64,000 nucleotides of DNA. Source: Monocercomonoides exilis PA203 (taxonomy: Eukaryota; Protista; Preaxostyla). Positions 1 through 14,913 of the stretch are shown here, piece after piece. The position numbers were made by a program, and so were the translations under genes. The stretch spans positions 496,001 through 560,000 of the forward strand of contig LSRY02000023.1 of assembly GCA_001643675.2 (NCBI GenBank). The letters run 5' to 3'. Under the pieces are notes generated by a model, which was given only the letters and a program-made list of their open reading frames with translations, did not search any database and had not been told where the DNA came from. Within the stretch, counting starts at the first letter, position 1. Every line of letters begins with the position of its first letter.

Positions 1-113
1 AAGAGCAGAGGAAGCTGGCTATTTTCACTGGAATATTTGAGAATGGGAATAATTGGAAAGATAGAAAAGGAAAAAGAGGAAATGGAGTGAGATGAATAAC
101 ACGAAAAACAGCA

Positions 114-2343
114 ATGAGGGAGAGAGAGAAGGAGAAGTGGAAGGAGAAACTGAAAGAGAGAGAGAAAGAGAAAGAGAAAAGAGAGAAATTTCATGATTTA
201 AAACTATTAGGCGATTGGGTGGAGCTTCTTGATACAGACGAGGCAGTCGATGAACGTGGAGTCAATCCATTGACACTCGAAAACTCCTCATCTTCCAACA
301 CAATCAACACATTTGATTTTCCTGGCTATGCAACCAATCTTATTGACAACTTTCTCTTTGAGCAATTACTGAACAATGGCGATGGCATTCTGCGAAGAAG
401 ATTCGGTTCGCTTGCAAACAGCCTCATTTCGAGCAGAGAATTGTCTGTTTTTCAGTCAGATGCGATCTGAATCCATCTTTTGTGCCTCGAAGACAAAGAC
501 TGAGAAAAAGCAATCAAAATTCAACATAAACCTTTTTTACTCATTCAATTGCTGGCATTGGCACAGGAACAGGAACATCTCCTTCTTCATTACCCAATGA
601 ATCTTTTATTTCTCTTTGTCAGCCATCTCCTTCTCCCTCTCCTTCATCATCATCATCATCATCATCATCTTCTTCTTCCTCTTCTTCTGTCTACCAATCA
701 GAGCCAATTTCATTCAGAATCCATTCTTCTGCTTATTCCTCCATTCCACCTGCCATTTCAGCCACTTCTTCATTCAATTCCCCCACCTCTTCCATCACAA
801 AGACACAAACTTCAACCTCTTCTTCTTCTTCTTCTTTCTCTTCTTCCTTCTCTTCTTCCTTCTCTTCTTCTTATTCTTCTTCGTTGCTGCCCTTTTCTAG
901 AAACAAATTTCTGACAGGCGTTGAGCAGCAGATGAGGTGGATGAGGCAGCAGTTCGGAAGAAGAAGGAAAAGACAAAATTTTGTTCTTTCACGATATGCG
1001 TTTGAGGCGCTGCCGCTGTTTGCAGAGTTTCGGATGGTGGAGCAGAATGCAGAGAATTTGGAGAAGAGGAAGAGAGAAAGAGAGAGAGCGAAGGAAAGAG
1101 AGAGAGAAGCAAGGAACGAGAGGAGAGAGGAGAGAAGAACAAAATTACTGATAAGTTGAGGAAGGAATTAAAGCATGCAAGTGATAGGGATAATAGCTAC
1201 AATGAAAATGAATATTTAGCAAAAGCAGAAGAAAACGAGAGTATATCATTGATTAGAAGAAATTCTCTGAAGAAAACAAAAAAGAAAGAAGAAAGTGAAT
1301 GCCTTTACAACAGCTCCATCTTCAGCCATGAAGACAGGAGAAGAAAGATGAGACACAAACAGAGATAAAAACTGCTTCGGCTGATGAAACCGAAGGAGAT
1401 ATAGAGGAAAGATGAATGAGAAAGATGAGCGGGAGAGCAGGAAAATGGAGAAAGAAGAAAAAGACAAGAATTTGTTTAACAGCATCCCAGGAATACTACA
1501 ACCACACCTTGAGACAGGCACGCCGAACAACCAGAAGGAGAACAAAATGGCCAGCTAGGCACAGCAAGAGGCGAAAGAAAGTCAAACGCCAATTTTGACG
1601 AGAGAGCGGAAATTGGACTGCATGCTGAATGATTTAGCCAATTCTGACTTAGAAGATTTGGACAATGAACTGGATGTGCCTTGCCGCTATGTGCGTATTA
1701 AAAGCGAAAAAAAACAGGCAATTTGTGTGGAAGATGCGAAAATTGCCTGTGTGTGCAGCAGTCGACGCGAGGCAGACGAGAACAAGACTGGATCTAATGA
1801 GTGCGCTGAAGATCGTTCTTAAGCAAAGACGTGCGGAACTGCAAAGAGGAAGCATAAGTGACACACAGAAAGGGAAGGAAAGGAGAAGGGAAAAGATAAC
1901 CGCAACTGTTTCAGAAGGAGAAATGGATAAGAACCTGTAGAAAGAGCAGTGTACCTGGGAGAAGAGATGCGCTGTCGTTTTCAAAATTGGAATCTTTCTT
2001 CGCGTAGCAGAATTCGATGGCGATGGATTTGATGAGGAAATATTCTGCACTCAATTTGGTTGCGCCTTTTAATTCAACTGCAGAATTTGACGCAAATACA
2101 AAAAGTGTTCTTTATCCTCTTTCTCACTGAACTTTTTCACTTGTCAGTTCTCCCTTGTTTATGAACGCCCAACAACAGTCTTCTCGTTCTTTCAGAACAT
2201 CTTTATCTCCTTCCCTCTTATCTCGATCCGTTCATCCATATTCTGCTAATCCTGCTGCTCCTGGTTCACTTTCTCCACTTTCACTATCTGCTCTATCTTC
2301 GTCTCCTTCTCTTTCGTTCAGCTTTCGTCAAATTCATCATTAG
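114..2343 (+). pseudogene. Fragmented low-complexity (Ser- and Glu/Lys-rich) gene remnant, unknown product
   Basis: Frame 530-1159 is open and reads SIAGIGTGTGTSPSS...SSSS...EQQMRWMRQQ. Neighbouring short ORFs switch frame repeatedly; no recognisable domain. Confidence 0.3.
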
Positions 2344-4399
2344 GCCTCGTCTATCATTCCTATTCAGAAGCACAGATAATTATTTATTCTGAAATAGAAT
2401 TTCAACCAACCTAACACGTTAATGAAATGAATAATATTGATCTGGAATAGCCTATCATCGTGCATGCAACAGAAAATAGAGATAGACTCAGCTTTTCATT
2501 TGGAAGCTGAAAGAATTCACAGAAAGCAGAAAGAGCAGGGCAGAAAACAATATTTGGTACGAATGATTATATGGATGATCTCCCAGAGATTTCTCGATGC
2601 TGTTTGAATTCGACTAGTCGTGAAAGATGAAACAAAGAGAGAAAGCGGGATTTGAGGAAAAGGCATATTTGAAGAGAAATTATATGAGATTCTTGCTCTC
2701 ATATGATATGAACAAGTTGAAATCGGAATGTTGAGGAAATAAATGTTTTTGAAGAACTTTCTGATATGATCGAAGAAAGGAAAATGGAAATATGCTTTCA
2801 ACAATGAGATTTATTTTCATTGGATGCAGAAACCAAAAGAGATGAGGAAATCTAGAAGAAATATTTTTGTCTGAGCCAACATCAAATTTCTCGAAAGATA
2901 AGCTATTATTTATTCTTCAGTTGAAAAAGCGATGAAAGCTCAAGGATTTTTCAAAGATATGGAAAATGGAAAGAATAATAAAAAAATCAGAAAAAGTTTA
3001 TCATTTCCAGTGATTTTTGTATTTGGAGAACGGAATGTGAGAGTGTTTGTGGGAATGAAAGTGGAGACGAGAAGAGAGAGGGAGGTATCGCTGAAGGGAG
3101 CAATGCATCCGAGAGTATTATCCGCTGTGGCGCAGGGGCTTTTTCTGTGATTTGCCACAGGCATCAGTTTCAGTTCCATTGCTGGGATCGATTTTGTTCT
3201 GCGCGATGAGGGGGAGCCAGCCATTGAACTCAGCTTTTCTAATTTTTCACCATTTCATTTAACGTTTGATGAAGCTTCTGAATCAAATTAAAAAAACGGA
3301 GATTTATCTGCTACACAAAAGTGAGGGGAAAATGAGAAAAATAACTATTATTGTTTGATTGATTCCAATATTTTTGTTTTCTTATCATCTTTTCTGTTCT
3401 TCTTTATGATCTTTCTCTTTTCAATGTTAAGTTTTTCCAATTATTAATTTTTAACTACTTTTTTGAAGTTCGATTTATATATTTTCTCCACTTATTAAAA
3501 AAAATTTGATCAAAATATCCTTTTTCGCCAAAAATAAAAAAAAGGTATGGATTTTTGTTTAAATATATAAATCTTATAAATGTTTTATCAATACATGCTA
3601 AATACTCATAAAAAATCAATTCTTGTTATCAGAACAAAAAAAAACTATTTGATCAATAAATACCACAATAGAATTTCTTTTTTCAATTTTTGATCTTTTT
3701 TTATGAAGTCAAAAAAAATCACCCATATGCAGAAGATATATGAGCAATGGAACAATCCCCATTCTTTTCCATTTCCTCTATATTGAACAATCCAGACCTC
3801 CTGTTGTTGTGGACAACTCTTCCTGCCTTTTTTTACGCGATTTGCCTTAAAATCGAAGAATGAGCAATGACTTTCATTTTCACCAAAGCTGGAGGTTTGA
3901 TTATTTCTCGTTTTAATAGATAATCCACTTTTTCAGCCTTTGAATTTAGCCTGCGGAATTCTGCTGAGACTTTGATGGGAGAAAGCTTTTCATACTGAAG
4001 AGACGATGTCGTTTGTGATTTTTTCATTCAATTAATAAAATAAGATCGATCAATAAAATACTAGTCATTCAACCTGAATTTATCATTATTATTTAAACAC
4101 GTTGAAGGTTTTCGATCTAGCTAAAAGTTTTGTTTTGTTTTCTATTTGTTTTCAAATTTAAAAATATATTTGGAGAATTAATTATTGATTTTAATGTCAT
4201 GGGTTTTGTCCTTGTCTATTAATTGTTAATATTCAATAAAAACATTCGCAAACTTTTCCCATCATTTTCAAAGAATTAGAATTACTCATTTTTAATGCTG
4301 AATAATTTCTGATTTATAAGCAACTTTTTCGATCTCTTTTGAAAGTTTTTCGAGATTGAATAATATTTGATGTATCAATCAATCAAGCAATCAATCCAG

Positions 4400-4446
<47 letters not shown>
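4400..4446 (+). repeat. Poly(A) tract, 47 nt
   Basis: Uninterrupted A run preceded by TCAA-like repeats (4374-4396). Confidence 0.9.
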
Positions 4447-4450
<4 letters not shown>

Positions 4451-5099
4451 GAATTTTTTTCAAGAATGATAAACTCAAGTGGAAAGGTCAAATAGTTTTC
4501 GTTGGCATTGAATCAATTGAAATGGAATTAGAAAATTTTAATTTTGTCTCTTTTGATTTCGCATAGCTTTTCTTCTTTTAGCCAAAAATTGTATTTGGCA
4601 AAAACGCTTAAATAAAACATTTCCGCAAATAGTGAACAACCCAGAACGGATTAACAGTGAATGATAAAATTGTGAAATGAATTAAAAACAATCGTAAGTT
4701 TAAAAATAAAATATATTAATTGGAAATGAAAAATCGAACACCAAATATGTGCAGCTTTCAATATAAAAGAAATGAGGAAAAAAGAAAAGAAAAAGAAAAA
4801 GAAAAAGCATAATCAAATGTTTGACTGAAAGCAGAACAAATGAAGAAAATCCTCTTATTGAATTTCTCTTTTTTGATGCAAAATAAGCATTTTTTTGAAA
4901 AAAGCTAGGGAAAAAATAAAAGAAGAATATTAAAAACAGCATCAACATTCGAGAAAATTCAAAAGAATGGATAGCTTTTGTAAAGAAATTGAAAAAAACA
5001 TATATACAAGACAAATCGAACAACAGCAACAAAAATGAAATAACAAAAGATAATTTTAGGCGAATGCTAAACAAAAAATAAGCAATTGTAAGATTAATC

Positions 5100-7110
5100 G
5101 CAATTATCAATAGCCTTCAATATGCCTTTTGGGGAAAATCAAATTTGCGAGCACCTTTGTTTGGTTCCAGTCGAGCACGCGAATCTCATCCCCAGCTGAT
5201 TTGCACACAAGTCATGGCAATCAAATCACAATGCACATCCGTCAAAAGAAAAGAAAAGAAAAGAAAAAGAAAAGAAAAAGAAAAGAAAAAGAAAAGAAAA
5301 AGAAAAGAACAATTTTAGCCGATTTTCAATTTTCCAATATTCCAAATTATATTAAATTAAATGTTATAAAAATACACAAATACAACAGAAACAAACATCG
5401 TTTAACCAGTTCTTGAATATCAGCAAGCTGCTTGTCAGCAACCTCGCACACTGCGCTTAAATGCTGCAAAATCGTTTCCATAGCCCCACGCCGGCATCCA
5501 AGGCACGCAGAAAGAGCAATCACTGAGCACAATTTATCCCAGAAAAGAAAAAGCGCATCATTTGATTGCAACAGAGAATTCATAAATAAATAAATAAATA
5601 AATAGTTAATGTCAAATGGGAAAACACAATGCATTAAAGAATTTTTGAGCAGAAAATAAGCGCAACCGAGTTAAGAGCGAAATGATAAAAGCACAAATAC
5701 TGCACTCAAGCACACCAGAATGAAGCACATTGAGCGATGCATCGTTGTGGATGGAGCTCATCACTTTCCTCCCAATCGTGTTTCTTGGATTGGACAGCAG
5801 AAAATGCCTCCACCCGCCAGACACACGCTCGTCAAGCGTTCTCGTAAGCGCATCAAAAAACAGCTCTGCAGAAACATCGCACCCAAGCAAACAGAACACA
5901 TTCAATCAGAAAAAGATAAATAGAAAAATAGAAACAGAAATAGAAAAAAAAAAAGACAGTGATGCAAATATGAAATCAGCCTTTTTTCGAAGCAAAGAGG
6001 AGCCAACTTCATCCTCCAAAATCACACGCACACACAAAAAATGTTCATTCATTCATTCATTCACAAAATAAAATAAAATAAAATAAAAACACAGTGCCTC
6101 TTCAGCTGCACACCATAATACCACTCCACCTTCATCGGCAGCTTCCCGCTCAGCTCAGATATCAGATACGACTCAAAGTCGATCTCGTCGTCTTGCAGCT
6201 GCTTCCTCTCCCGCGCCAGCATGAACTCCTCCACATTCTCCTTTCCTGCCCTGCCCGCTTCCCCGCCCTCGCACACGCCCCCCTGCGCCTTGCCCACCTG
6301 CTCTTCCTCCATCTCCCGCGGCGGCGGCGGAGGCGGCGGGCATCCTTTGCGCGCCCCCCTCCAGAACAGGCTGCGGCGGCGGTGCAACTGGCGGCGGATG
6401 TCTGCGCGGGTTGATCACAATCCACACCTGCTCCTCTCTCTCTTCTTTCTCTTCTCGCTCTCCACACTCCTTCACACACTCACTCGATGATGACGAAGAC
6501 GAAGACGATGAAGACAATGAAGACGATGATGTGGTTGTGGCAGGGGCAATGGCAGTGGCAGGGACAGTCGAGTCTTCAGCTGCCTCCGAAGAGTTGGCAC
6601 AAGCCTCTTCTGCTCCTCCTTCATGCTTCGCCTCAGACGAATCTGCCCTCTTCTCTTTCTTCTCTCGCTTCTCTCTCATCTCTCTCTTCTCTCCCGCCTC
6701 GCTCTCCTCGTCTGCCTTCTTGATGCTCTCCTCGTCTGTCGTGATCGACACCGACGACGCTGCTGCAAACACCGGAACCGCGGCCGACTGCGTGACTGTG
6801 CTGAACTGCGTCGTGCTCGGCAGGAACGACGACCGGTTCGTCAGCCGAAGCGCCCGCCGCTTGCTCTCCTTCTCCCGCTGCCTCTCCGACGGCGACATCC
6901 GCAGCAGACGCGCCAGCAGCGCCAGCGCCGTCACTGCCACCGAGTCTCCCTCTGCCGCTGCCGAGGCTGCACACGCAAGGCAGGCCGAGGAGAGGCAGAT
7001 GAGGGATGATCGCGTCACGATGAGTGGAAGTTGTGCTGGTGATGAGGATGAAGAGGAAGAAGAAGAAGAAGTGGAGGATGAGGATGAGGAGGAGGAAAAA
7101 GATAATTTTT
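5100..7110 (-). CDS. Multi-exon hypothetical protein (GC-rich exons, Ser/Glu-rich), probably 5'-incomplete
   Basis: GC-rich minus-strand ORFs 6173-7018, 6061-6387, 5612-5905 and 5347-5634 separated by AT-rich, T/TTTA-rich segments that look like introns. A frame change near 6390-6420 suggests an indel. Confidence 0.5.
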
Positions 7111-8639
7111 GTTAAATTTGTGTGTAAGATAATGATGATGAAAGAGATGAAAGAGATGAAGGAGATGAAGGAGAAGGAGAAGGAGAAGAAGGATAGATTT
7201 GATGAAATTGGACGTGATTTTTTCTTTTCATAAATAAAAATACTTTTAATATGTTGAAGAAGTTTGTAAACTTCATTTCATCGAAATTTCTTGTATAAGA
7301 ATTTAAATTGAAAAATATAGAAAAACAGTCGAATCAGTCGTGATGGATGTCTCTGTGGACGGCGTCTTTTCATTATTCATAACAATTGCCAAAGAAGAAA
7401 AATTCAACCAGAAATGTTTTCATTGAAGATGACAAGATGCAAATTGTACATTTTAATAGAATCAGAAATGAAATGACTGAAAAGGTTGGAATCTCTGTTG
7501 AAAATTGTGTTGCTTCCGGAAATAAAAAGATAAAGAAGGGTTGAAGAAACAATTGAAAGAGATGTTCTTTCATTTTTCACAAGCCATTGAATTAAGATAT
7601 GGCAGTCATTGAAGTCCAAGGAAGAATTTCTGGTTAACTCAAAGAAGAGAAAAGTGTGTGCAAAATGAAGTATTCGGACAATGAATCCGAATATCCTTCC
7701 GCTCTCTTCATTCTGATGGAATTATGTATGAGCTTTCTGATTCATTTCTATTTTATTTTTGATGAACAATTGAAGGTGTTGTTGAATTCTTTTGCTTCCT
7801 GAATGCTTCTCATGGCACAACTGCCTTCGTTTCATTTCTCATCTGATTGTCATTCAATATAAGTTAAATGGATTTTTGATTTCCCAAAGCGTTTGATGAA
7901 AACAAAAGAAAAATGTCTTCTTCATTCATTGTATCTGCTTCATCAATCATTTGTCCTGTCATCCTTGATGTTGGAGATGGGCATTCAAAAATTATCATAA
8001 TTTGCCCATTTCGATATGAAACTATTTTTCCTTTTTCTTCTGCTGTTTGACTGAATTTTGGTTCGAGTTGCAAATTCTTTTTTTGTTTTTCATCTTTCAG
8101 TTCTTTTGTCTTCAATAATCCAATGAATCATCTTGATTGAAAACTGAAAATGAAAAAAAAAAGAGAGATAAAAAACAGAATCATTCATGCTCACAAGCAT
8201 TAACGTTCTCCGTCCATAGACTTCATCTTCTTTGAAAAAAGAATTCATTCTCATTTCTCTTTTTTGAGGATTTGCCTGTTTTGTTTTTCTCCTCAGCAAA
8301 CCTCCTTTTAAACATCAGATATTAATTCCATACCATACAAAGAAGATATATGATACATGAAACAAAATGTCTCAAAATATGAAATCATTTTCTTCATAAC
8401 AATTTTTTGTTGGTTTGATCAAAGAGAAACAAAACATTTGTCTTTCTGACTTTGTTCTGCCAAGATCATTTGATTTTGCTGAATATTCTATCTTCGCAGT
8501 AAATTTATTAAGAAAAATCATTTGTATAGCATTGTTTCCTTTTCATTTTGCAAGATAATCAAACATGTTTGTATTTTTCGATTTCACAATTTAACACAAA
8601 TCTTTGTTCATAAACATTACGTTTTTTGCGATAAACAGA

Positions 8640-10102
8640 ATGATGTTGCACTCTGATGATAAGAATATTAATGAACTTCAAGAGTTGCCACCAACAGAAA
8701 TAATTTTGAGTTTGTGAATTTCATGTTAACTTTAAATTACTCAGCTTCGTATTATTAATGATCCTTGAAGAATTGTTTTTAGAGTTTGAAGAATGCAGTG
8801 AAGAAGATCAAAGACAGAAAATCATTGAAATGAATGGACTTATCAAAGAAATGAATGGAGAAGAATTCGATTCTATTTTCTCTTCAAAGTTATTCGACAA
8901 AATACTCAAAATGATTGAGGAAGAGAAACTGTCAATGGGGAATGCATGTTTATTGTTGAAGCGTGTTGGATATTTCAAAGGGTTGAAAGGTGGTTGGATA
9001 TATGGTTTTGAACATTCTTTATTGATCGGAAGATTTGAAAAGATGATGATTGATGAAAATGAAAAGAAGAAAGAAGAAAAGAACGAAAAGTTTCTGATTG
9101 ATCTCTGTGAATGCTTTGCTTTGCTGAATTCTGAAATCATTCCAGATGAATTACTTTCAATCATTGTGCCCCTCCTTCTGAAAGTTGCGTTAAAGAAAGA
9201 GGAAAATGAGAAAATGCAAAAAGAGGAGGAAATAGCTTTGCTGGCTTTAAGTTGCATTGATATACTTAATGTATGAACATTTCTATTCCCATATTTGATA
9301 TTACAAATTTTTTGTTTTGTTTTGCTTTTATAAGGAATTGGATAAAGAACAGTATTTTAATGAAATCATAAAAATTATCAAATATCATCAGGAGCATCGC
9401 AATCTGACTCGACTTGCCTATCATTCTGCTTGGAAGTTTTTGATTTGCCGAATATACAAAGACAATAGTTTGGAGGATGTTATTGTAAACGAACTGCATT
9501 TTACGAGAGAAGCAATAAGAGAACTGGAAGAGCTGGCAAAATGGGTTGATGGGAAGAGAGAGAAAGAAGAGGAAAGAAGAGGAAAAGAAGTGAAAGAAGA
9601 GTTTCTAGTTGTGAGATGGATCATTTCGTTGAACGTCTATTTATTTTCTTGCAAATTGTGGAATGAAGAATTAGTCGGAATTCTCAACAGCATTGTTCAG
9701 ATATTTAAAGAAGCAAAAGATAATCACAGGGAAATAAGCAGAATATACCTTTGTTTTATGAGCTTATCTGCGGGAAACAAAACTGTGCAAATTGATGATA
9801 TGTTGAAAAGTGGCGCTATTGATTTTATTTTGGAGGAGATTCACGGATCAGCAATGGACGACTATATTGTTTGCGAATATTTGCATTTTTCGAAGGATAT
9901 TTCATTGAGGTTGAAAGAAAAGACGGATAATAAAATGGAAGAAGTAAAAAGAAAGATAGAAAAAAGGAAAGTGTTTGATAAGATGGAAGAAGAGGGATAC
10001 TCAGATACAGTCACAAGTTTTAAAGAAATATTTGAATTTCTCAATAAAAAATATTATGGCGATTTATCGTTGAATATTTCAGATTATTTTTGGAGTGTCT
10101 GA
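8640..10102 (+). CDS. EEEGYED-family helical protein, copy 1; join(8640..8709,8771..9270,9335..10102)
   Basis: Two GT-AG introns (phase 1 and phase 0) join ORFs 8758-9276 and 9317-10102 in frame. Motifs DLCEC, KEEEIALLALS, RNLTRLAY, KMEEEGYSD. Confidence 0.8.
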
Positions 10103-11893
10103 CAGAGAGAAATGTTATATATTTTGTAATTCAAAAAAGAAATATTTTTTTCCCATTGGTTAATGACTTTTCCAGACTTTGGATATGTTTTTTTATTAAT
10201 GAGTCTTTTTTTTCCGATATTATTTGATAATTTTTCAGATTGTTCTGTAAATGCTTGAGGAAATGAGATGTTCCTTATTCTGTAAATCAAAAATTTTATT
10301 TATTTTTCTTTCAGCATCATATCACAATTTGACAAGCCTCAAATGAGTGTCATATCTTTATTTTTATCATTTCACAAAATCGAAAACAAGCAATCATTTG
10401 AGGATATTTGTTTTTTTGTTTTTGTTTTTCTTCAAACTTCATTTTGATGAAATGAAGCAAAAAAAAAGAAAACTTCAACAACTTTTGCATTTTCTTCACT
10501 TTCTTCTTCTTTCCTTCTTCAAAAATCCCTCTCAAATAATGCATTCTTCCTGAAGTTTTAACCAAAAAAAATCACTATTTGCGCTCGCTCATCTTCAGTC
10601 GCAGCATCATCTCAGCTCTTTGGGGCAGTTTTGTGTTCTTCAACATCTTCCCTTGTTTTCCAGCTTTCTATCTCATCTCATTGAATGAAGAAGGGAAATC
10701 AAAACCCCACAAATAAATGTTGGATTTCATGGTACGAACATGAATGGCAAGAAAATCTGGCTTTCTCTTGTCCATTGGCTTGTTTTTTTTGCAGCTTCTC
10801 ATCCAGAAATGAACTTCTTTCTCCTTCTTCTGTTGCTCTTCAAACAGTCATCTCAAAATGAAATATTCACAGCCCGTTCTGATTGAAGAAAGAAAAAAGA
10901 AGATTTCACGAAAAATGATATCGATAAACAAATTACAGTTTCAAAACTCATTAATTTTTTCTCCCCAATGTCTTTTACTCATTTCTTTAATTTTTCCTGT
11001 TCACTCGAAATGCTTCAAATAAATAATTGCACTCTTAAAAGATGTGGCCTCTCCATCAAAGAACAGAAGAAGTAGAAGAAATTCTGATAGAAATTCAAAT
11101 GTTTTCTTTGATGAATACGATTGCGGCGGAAATTGAAGCGAGAAGAAAGAAGAAGGGGAATAAAGAAGAAACAATTAAAATGAGGTTTTTCAGTATGTTA
11201 TCTGACTTGTTGTGAAAAATTTGAAACAAGATGTTCTTGTTCAGCATTGAGAAGGTGAATGACAATGACTTTGATTGAAAAAAATGAGCTTCAAGGGATA
11301 TAAACATGAATGAAGAAGCAACAGCAGCATTTGCAAATGAATGAAATGTTGAAGAGAAAATAAACATTTTTAACAGACGATAAAATCGCTTTTAAAGAAG
11401 AAGAGGAATTCATTAAAAAGGATAATGTGAGATTGTGAACATGTTGTGACGTTGCATCCAAAGTGAAGTTGTGAATAATTCTTCAAAATACAGTGAGATT
11501 CACCGGGATGCAACAGAAAGTGCGCATCACAAAAAAGCAAATTGAAGGAAAAGAAGATGGATAGATTGATGCGTCAATTGGCACTTTGAAAGTGAAAGTG
11601 AATGAAAAAGTGTGTTTGAGCAAGAGTGATGCTGAAGCTGAAGCAGAAGACGATTATGGGAAGACCGACAGAAATGAATGAAGAGCGCACAATTTGAACT
11701 GAATATGCTTTGCGCTCAACAAAAACTGTTGCGCAAGAATGAAGCCTTTTCTCTTCTCTCATCTTCCTTTTGTTTGTTCGTTTTCTTCAACAGGTTTCTT
11801 CTGAAACCTATATTTCCATTCCATTCCGTTTCATTCTTCTTTTGCTTTTCTGCGATGACTGCACAAGGAATGGAATTGAATGGAGCATTCGTT

Positions 11894-13328
11894 TTATGGA
11901 CGAACAAAAAAATTTTCCAAATATGCATTAATAAAGTTATCTTCATGTATCTCAATAGCATTGAACATTGGTAATCCAATTATACAATCTTCATATCCTT
12001 CTTCTTCCATCTTGTCAAACATCTTCCTTTTCACCTCTTTCCTTTGTGCTTCTTCCTTTTCATCCTCGAACTTTTCTTTCACCTTTTCACAAACACCTTC
12101 AAAAAAACCAATATATTCTTCTGCTCATTCCTCTCTCAATGTTGGCCGCTTGATTTCCTCCAAAAACACGTCAATAACTCCACTCTTCAACAAATCATCT
12201 CCTTTTGCAGATTCGTTTTCAACCATATTTCTCAAGGAACGGACACACCTATTACAAATATCTCCGAAATTATCCTTTGCTGCTCTAAGAACTTGAGCGA
12301 TGCTGCCAACAAGTCCAGCAAGTTCTTCATTCCACGACTGACAGTATCCAAAATAAAATCCCAATTCAAAGATCCATCTTACCAAAATATGTTCTTTTTT
12401 CTCTTTCATCTTTCTTTTTTCTTCCAATCCACACATTTCAATAGCTCATCCATTTCTCTTTTTGCCTCTTTTGCCAAAAGAAGAACATTCGTTATTGCAT
12501 TCTCTAAGCTTTTGTTATTCTCAAGTCTGTAAATCAAAAACTGCCAAGAAGACTGATAAGCTAGCTAAGTGAGGTTGCGATGCTCCTGATGATACAGGAT
12601 AATCTCTTTGATCTCACTCAAAAACAATTCTTCTGGATCTTTCTAACATAAAAAGACGAAAAAAAATCCACAAGTGAAGCAACAATAATTCAATAATTCA
12701 ATCAATAAGCAAATCACACTTCATGCGGTTCAAAATTGCTTAATGCAGTCAAAGCTATCTCTACTTCTTTTTGAGTTCCATCACTTTCCTCTTTCTTCAA
12801 AGCAATTTTCAGAAGGCAAGGCACACAAATTGAAATCATTTCAGAAGAGAGGAGATAATTAAGTGAAATATAGCATTCGCACAGATCAATCAGAAGCTTT
12901 TCTTCCTTTTCTTCTTCTTTCTTCTTTTCTTCTTCAATAATTATCTTCATAATTCTTTTGCTCAACTGTGAATGACAAAAGCTCCAAATCTGAATGCTCT
13001 TCATTTTTTTGCAATATCCAATGTGCTTCAATAGAAAAATTGAACATTCCATGGTCAATTTCTTTTTTTCAATCATTTTGTCCATTTTATTGAAAGTTTT
13101 TGTTGTGATCATAGATTCAAACTCTTTTTCATTCATTTCATCAATCATTTCATTAATTTCTTCGATTTTCTTTTTTTGATCACATTCAATGCAATTTTCC
13201 AGTTCATCAAACGATCCTGAAAAATCATCAAAATATTTAAAACATAAAAGTTTCATGAATAGAAAAAAATCACAAACTTGTAAACTTTTCTGAAAGCTCT
13301 GTCTTGAATTCTTCTTCATCGAAGCCAT
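11894..13328 (-). pseudogene. EEEGYED-family copy 2, disrupted
   Basis: Same motifs (DLCECY, KEVEIALTALS, KMEEEGYED), but an in-frame TAG in RNLT*LAYQS (~12565) and frame breaks near 12436 and 12125. Confidence 0.75.
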
Positions 13329-14557
13329 TAAACTCTTCTTCCCCTTCTACTTCTTCAAAATAATCTTCACTGAAATCATCATCTTGATAATGTTCTTCCT
13401 CAAATTTTACTTGATTAACTGAACTTATTTTCTTCATTATATATTCAGGACAGTGAAAGTGATATTCATGAACCTTTTTTTTTTTCCAAATGAATGAATG
13501 AATAATGAATAAATGAAATTTTGTTTATTTGTTCGTGTTTTTGGAAGGGGAAAACCACCCATCCCATTTTAGATTGAATCTTTTTTTTCTAATTTCATAA
13601 TAAATATTTTTCCAGAATTTTATGTTTCATTGTTAAAAAAAACAAATATGAAACATGTGATATTTCTATTTCATGAGATTTTTGTCTTTGAAACGAAGTT
13701 CTCATTTGTGAACTGACCATATTTTTGATAAAAATTAGATCCAAAACTCAGTCTCTTTTCATTCAACAAAGTATTTAAATACAATTTCGTAAAATACACA
13801 TTATAAAAAATGAACACAATGAAAACATAGCAACAGCTGTTTATCATATATCTTCTGTTGAATGGGAAATGATGATATGAACAACAGACATGGCTCTTTC
13901 GAACTTAAACTGTAAAATGCAAACAAAAAAAATTATCAAACATGAATTAATACGAACAATAAACAACAATAATAAAAACTAACACACATATGAAATAATC
14001 ATAAAATATGCTGATGTGAAAGAAGAATCTAACAACCAAAGAGGAAAATTAAAAAGAAAAAAGAAAAGAAAAGAAAAGAAAAGAATAGAATAGAATAGAA
14101 TAGAATAGAAAAATGAAGTGTTCTGCTTCAAGAAGAAGAAGAAAAAAAAGAAGAAGAAAAAGAAAATAACACGTGTGAGTTCGATCAGTTCGAAGGCAGA
14201 TTGCACAAAAACAACAACACACAATCCTTCATCTGTCCCATGTGCTTTCTTCTGAAGTTGTTTTTCTCAGCGCTTCAAAAAAAATAAAATCACAGAATAT
14301 AAAACGCAATCAGCTGAAGCCTTTCTGCTTCAAAAAAGTGATTTCAACAGAAACAGACAAGAAATAGAAGAAAAGCATTCTTTATTTTGAAAGTGTATGT
14401 TAGAAGTTGTTGAATATTGATGTTAAGCAAATAATTATTGAGAGAAAGAAAGAAAGAAAAACAAAGAAAGAAAAACAAAGAAAACAAAGAGTATAGAAAC
14501 AAAAGAGGAAGAAACAAAATAGTTGAATTTCACATCATATGTATGAATATTTCACAG

Positions 14558-14560
14558 AAA

Positions 14561-14603
<43 letters not shown>

Positions 14604-14604
14604 A
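14558..14604 (+). repeat. (TAAA)n microsatellite
   Basis: About 11 tandem AAAT units. Confidence 0.85.
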
Positions 14605-14913
14605 AGCAGCAAACTTTTCATTCTTGAGCCACAATTTCCAAAATCATTACGCATTTAGTGTGATGTCGTTTATTGATATTCTTCGGTGCACAGACGGATA
14701 ATGTGATAGATTAAACGCTGATTCTGCCATTGAAAAGTTTAAAAGTTAAAAAATAAATAAATAAAGTTAAATAAAAAATAATAGAGATTTTTAATTCAAA
14801 TAAAATAAGCATACACAAATAAAATAAAAGAAAAGAAAAGAAATTTCTTTCATTCATCCATTAAAAAAAGAAAAAGAAAAAGAAAAAGAAAAAAGAAAAA
14901 AACTAAATTTCCA

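Noticed and set aside
3130-3235. Surface-protein fragment (minus: KIDPSNGTETDACGKSQKKP, like GxDxxxCG...PC motifs)
   Set aside because: A single short motif followed by a stop; insufficient support.
4374-4446. Retrocopy or SINE tail
   Set aside because: No TSD or recognisable upstream element was found.
2400-11560. Further EEEGYED-family relics (~2400-2870, 7330-8300, 10900-11560; also 57700-59500)
   Set aside because: Composition and a few residues are suggestive, but the diagnostic motifs could not be aligned confidently by eye.
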